A model generated the notes under the pieces. The model searched no databases and had not been told where the DNA came from. It was given only the letters and a program-made list of their open reading frames with translations. DNA of 64,000 nt from a virus (lineage: Duplodnaviria > Caudoviricetes): the IMG/VR virus record IMGVR_UViG_3300020469_000008, positions 138,055 through 202,054 of that record. One strand, given 5' to 3'. Shown one piece after another: positions 61,971 to 64,000 of this stretch; position 1 is the first letter of the stretch; each line of letters begins with the position of its first letter. Both the position numbers and the translations under genes were made by a program.

Positions 61971-62306
61971 ATGACAGTTTTTGATTACGCACCCACAACA
62001 GATTGGAGAGACAAGAACATGACTTCTAATCTCGATCACATACTAGATGAAGAGGCACTGACAATCGTCAAAAGCATTGACGTCGATGAACTAGAACGCG
62101 CATTTGGCGATCGCCCGCAAGACTACCATCGTGGTGATTACGAACACGATGTGAAGGGATACACACTACCTTACTGGTACTTCAAATCAATCAATGATGA
62201 AGTAGTAGGTATCGGTTTCCGCTACGGTATCCCAAGAGTCGTTGGAAAGAATGTCACACCTGAAAGATTGGCCCGGTTTGTAAAGCTGGTGGCACAAAAA
62301 GTGTAA
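61971..62306 (+). CDS. hypothetical protein
   Basis: Ends QKV* at the promoter box. Confidence 0.6.
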   Translation: MTVFDYAPTTDWRDKNMTSNLDHILDEEALTIVKSIDVDELERAFGDRPQDYHRGDYEHDVKGYTLPYWYFKSINDEVVGIGFRYGIPRVVGKNVTPERLARFVKLVAQKV

Positions 62307-62329
62307 CTGCTCCCAAAGTGTAGTATGAT
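62301..62329 (+). promoter_or_regulatory. phage promoter GTGTAA-N17-TATGAT
   Basis: Repeated motif. Confidence 0.7.
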
Positions 62330-62356
62330 AATAAAGAACCAACCAAAGGAGATAAT

Positions 62357-62650
62357 ATGACAGAGAGAAAGTTTTTGACCACCGCGAAGACAGAAGCAGA
62401 TGTAAGAAAGATTGCCGACTGGTACGGCTGGCAGACTGAGGAGGATAACGAAGGGCAGCTGATTATCTACACCGATATCCCCGAAGGTGCACCCCAAGTG
62501 GCACAGGAAGCTGCTGCCATCTACAACTGGGATTATGATAGTGATAACTTAGGTGCGATCCTGCTGTACACTGGGGTTTACTCAGATGAACAGATCCGCC
62601 GAGATGAAAAGAACAGTCTTTACCCAGATAAGTGGGATCCCTGTAACTAA
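62357..62650 (+). CDS. hypothetical protein with internal duplication (DNEGQLIIYT / DNLGAILLYT)
   Basis: SD AAAGGAG. Confidence 0.6.
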   Translation: MTERKFLTTAKTEADVRKIADWYGWQTEEDNEGQLIIYTDIPEGAPQVAQEAAAIYNWDYDSDNLGAILLYTGVYSDEQIRRDEKNSLYPDKWDPCN

Positions 62651-62658
62651 GAACATAT

Positions 62659-62763
62659 GCGGTCTGCATAACCCAGTTTGCCGACTGGGTGGGTGCACAC
62701 TCTCAGAATAGAGACGGCAATCTCTGAGTTGAGAACGCTGGGGTTCGATTCCTCAGGTCCGCA
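62659..62763 (+). ncRNA. tRNA-like structured RNA with complementary (kissing) hairpin loops
   Basis: Acceptor-like stem GCGGTCT/GGTCCGC + A; T-arm TGGGG-TTCGATT-CCTCA; hairpin loops TTGCCG (62678-83) and CGGCAA (62715-20). Confidence 0.65.
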
Positions 62764-62781
62764 GCCTCTTTGCCACCAAAA

Positions 62782-62810
62782 GTGCAACATAACCAAAAGC
62801 ACTATATACT
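62782..62810 (+). promoter_or_regulatory. phage promoter GTGCAA-N17-TATACT
   Basis: Repeated motif. Confidence 0.75.
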
Positions 62811-62835
62811 AATAACACCAACCAAAGGAGACAAT

Positions 62836-63027
62836 ATGAATCATGAAACAGGATACAAAGTCAAAGTATCTTTGAGAAACGGTACACATATTATTGGTGT
62901 AGTTGATTGCTACAAAAGAGTCACTGAGGACTTTCACACACGATTGGACTTATGTGTTGAGTACCAAGACTCAAAAGGAGACACTATGTATATGTGGGTT
63001 CCTGATTACCGCACAACAAAAGTGTAA
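62836..63027 (+). CDS. hypothetical protein
   Basis: ATG 62836 after AAAGGAG; ends TKV* at the promoter box. Confidence 0.55.
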   Translation: MNHETGYKVKVSLRNGTHIIGVVDCYKRVTEDFHTRLDLCVEYQDSKGDTMYMWVPDYRTTKV

Positions 63028-63050
63028 CTAGACAAACTACCAAGTATACT
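63022..63050 (+). promoter_or_regulatory. phage promoter GTGTAA-N17-TATACT
   Basis: Repeated motif. Confidence 0.75.
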
Positions 63051-63086
63051 ATATACACAACCAATAATACTAACCAAGGAAAAACA

Positions 63087-63332
63087 ATGCAAAACGTACA
63101 AATCGAAATGAAAAACATCAAATGGCTCCAAGCAGTTGCAATCCCTGACTGCGACTTGGAAACACCACCAACAGAACTTCTTTTTGAAATAACCTTTTTT
63201 GATGGTGACTGCGAAACTGCTGAAGCTATTGATGAAGCTATAGCCGATCATCTTGAAAGCCGGTTTGGTTTTCGTCCTGTGAAATGGGACTTATGGATGT
63301 TTGATGACACATGTGAAAACGTGTGTGCATAG
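63087..63332 (+). CDS. hypothetical protein
   Basis: SD AAGGA. Confidence 0.6.
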   Translation: MQNVQIEMKNIKWLQAVAIPDCDLETPPTELLFEITFFDGDCETAEAIDEAIADHLESRFGFRPVKWDLWMFDDTCENVCA

Positions 63333-63341
63333 GAGGAATAT

Positions 63342-63470
63342 ATGAATACAATCATGACAGTTATTACAGGTATCGGTGCGATTGGAATGCTTTTAGTTAT
63401 GTGTTCCATTCCAGCTTTGATAGCCGGCGGTATCGTTGCTAATCACGGCCAGAAGAATGAAGACAAATAG
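63342..63470 (+). CDS. small membrane protein (42 aa, not in track)
   Basis: SD AGGAGG; single TM. Confidence 0.5.
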   Translation: MNTIMTVITGIGAIGMLLVMCSIPALIAGGIVANHGQKNEDK

Positions 63471-63498
63471 TGCAACATAACCAAATGCGCTATATACT
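63470..63498 (+). promoter_or_regulatory. phage promoter GTGCAA-N17-TATACT
   Basis: Repeated motif; overlaps the upstream TAG. Confidence 0.75.
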
Positions 63499-63529
63499 AT
63501 ATACATAACCAATCAACCAAGGAAACATT

Positions 63530-63775
63530 ATGACGCTAGCACAACAATACGACAACAACATAGAATCGATTGCCGATCGCTTCCGTCAATCAGATGCAGT
63601 AGATCAAATCCTCTACGACATTAAGCTACTGCGAAAAAGCATAAACTTAGCAATCAATCAAGAAGTTGTAGAGGACCTGATTGAAGAAGTCGAGGAATAT
63701 GTCCACTACGATGAATCGCTGGAATATATCTTAAGACAAATACCCGTTGAGGTCAAAGCTTTACTAGCTGGATAG
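63530..63775 (+). CDS. hypothetical protein
   Basis: SD AAGGA. Confidence 0.6.
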   Translation: MTLAQQYDNNIESIADRFRQSDAVDQILYDIKLLRKSINLAINQEVVEDLIEEVEEYVHYDESLEYILRQIPVEVKALLAG

Positions 63776-63780
63776 TAAAA

Positions 63781-63809
63781 GTGCAACATAACCAAACGCG
63801 CTATATACT
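63781..63809 (+). promoter_or_regulatory. phage promoter GTGCAA-N17-TATACT
   Basis: Repeated motif. Confidence 0.75.
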
Positions 63810-63840
63810 ATATACACAACCAATAACCAAGGAAAATAAT

Positions 63841-64000
63841 ATGTTACCATCATCTCTATATTCACAAAGTGACTGGGCCGAACTATTCACACTGTGTGCC
63901 AGGTATTCAGACTCAGCTCAAGCGGCCGATTATCATGCAATAACTGAATGGCTTACAGAATGGTCAAAGACACATGACTGTCCGCCACCAGATGAAACTC
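63841..64000 (+). CDS. hypothetical protein, 3' truncated
   Basis: ATG after AAGGA; frame open to the window end. Confidence 0.45.
   Translation, partial: MLPSSLYSQSDWAELFTLCARYSDSAQAADYHAITEWLTEWSKTHDCPPPDET

Noticed and set aside
62659-62763. tRNA-Sec or tRNA-Leu(CAG) from the CTCAGAA segment
   Set aside because: The bases flanking CTCAGAA cannot form a 5-bp anticodon stem, and no TCA anticodon sits in a 7-nt loop
53319-63809. CRISPR array suggested by the recurring ~30-50-bp repeats
   Set aside because: Repeats are degenerate promoters separated by hundreds of bp of SD-led ORFs, not by 30-40-bp spacers; no cas genes are present
1-64000. Bacterial chromosome or eukaryotic giant virus origin
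   Set aside because: No rRNA or housekeeping operons, and a high density of small orphan ORFs, argue against a cell. SD motifs, sigma70-like promoters, tmRNA and bS21 argue against an NCLDV despite the eukaryote-type PMM
1-64000. Stop-codon reassignment (alternative genetic code)
   Set aside because: Recognisable genes are full length under code 11, and TAA, TAG and TGA all end coupled genes

Overview
The window is best read as a 64-kb slice of a large, AT-rich dsDNA bacteriophage (jumbo/huge-phage-like). It is densely coding, almost all on the + strand, and uses Shine-Dalgarno sites and sigma70-like promoters with the standard genetic code. No terminase, portal, capsid, polymerase, rRNA, CRISPR array, integrase or reverse transcriptase is visible. 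Myxobacteria-like surface proteins (VWA lipoprotein, MYXO-CTERM-like protein, acidic lipoproteins) hint at a Myxococcota/Bdellovibrionota-type host (inference). Three zones can be distinguished. (1) About 1-37 kb holds auxiliary and host-like genes: eukaryote-type phosphomannomutase, UV glycosylase, a YceI + PAS histidine kinase + response regulator operon, L,D-transpeptidase-like protein, tmRNA, ferredoxin, NUDIX, cysteine synthase, DinG-like helicase, ThyX and ribosomal protein bS21. These are interleaved with about 15 otherwise unrelated proteins sharing an N-terminal MKITRRQLRKLI(x)E leader, a candidate capsid-targeting tag. A 17-codon scar ORF suggests the family is shuffled by recombination. 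(2) About 37-53 kb holds DNA ligase, a DnaQ-like exonuclease, a RadA-like ATPase, three tRNAs, thioredoxin, GMP reductase and a tandem array of small MKxGDLV (KOW/SH3-like) genes joined by a dual-coding 14-bp overlap repeat. (3) About 53-64 kb holds 18 promoter-RBS-ORF cassettes headed by a conserved GTGYAA-N17-TATACT/TATAAT promoter. Several GC-rich, apparently structured non-coding elements lie between cassettes. The most striking is a 105-nt tRNA-like RNA (62659-62763) whose two extended hairpin loops (TTGCCG/CGGCAA) are exactly complementary. All structures were derived by eye and need computational and experimental confirmation.
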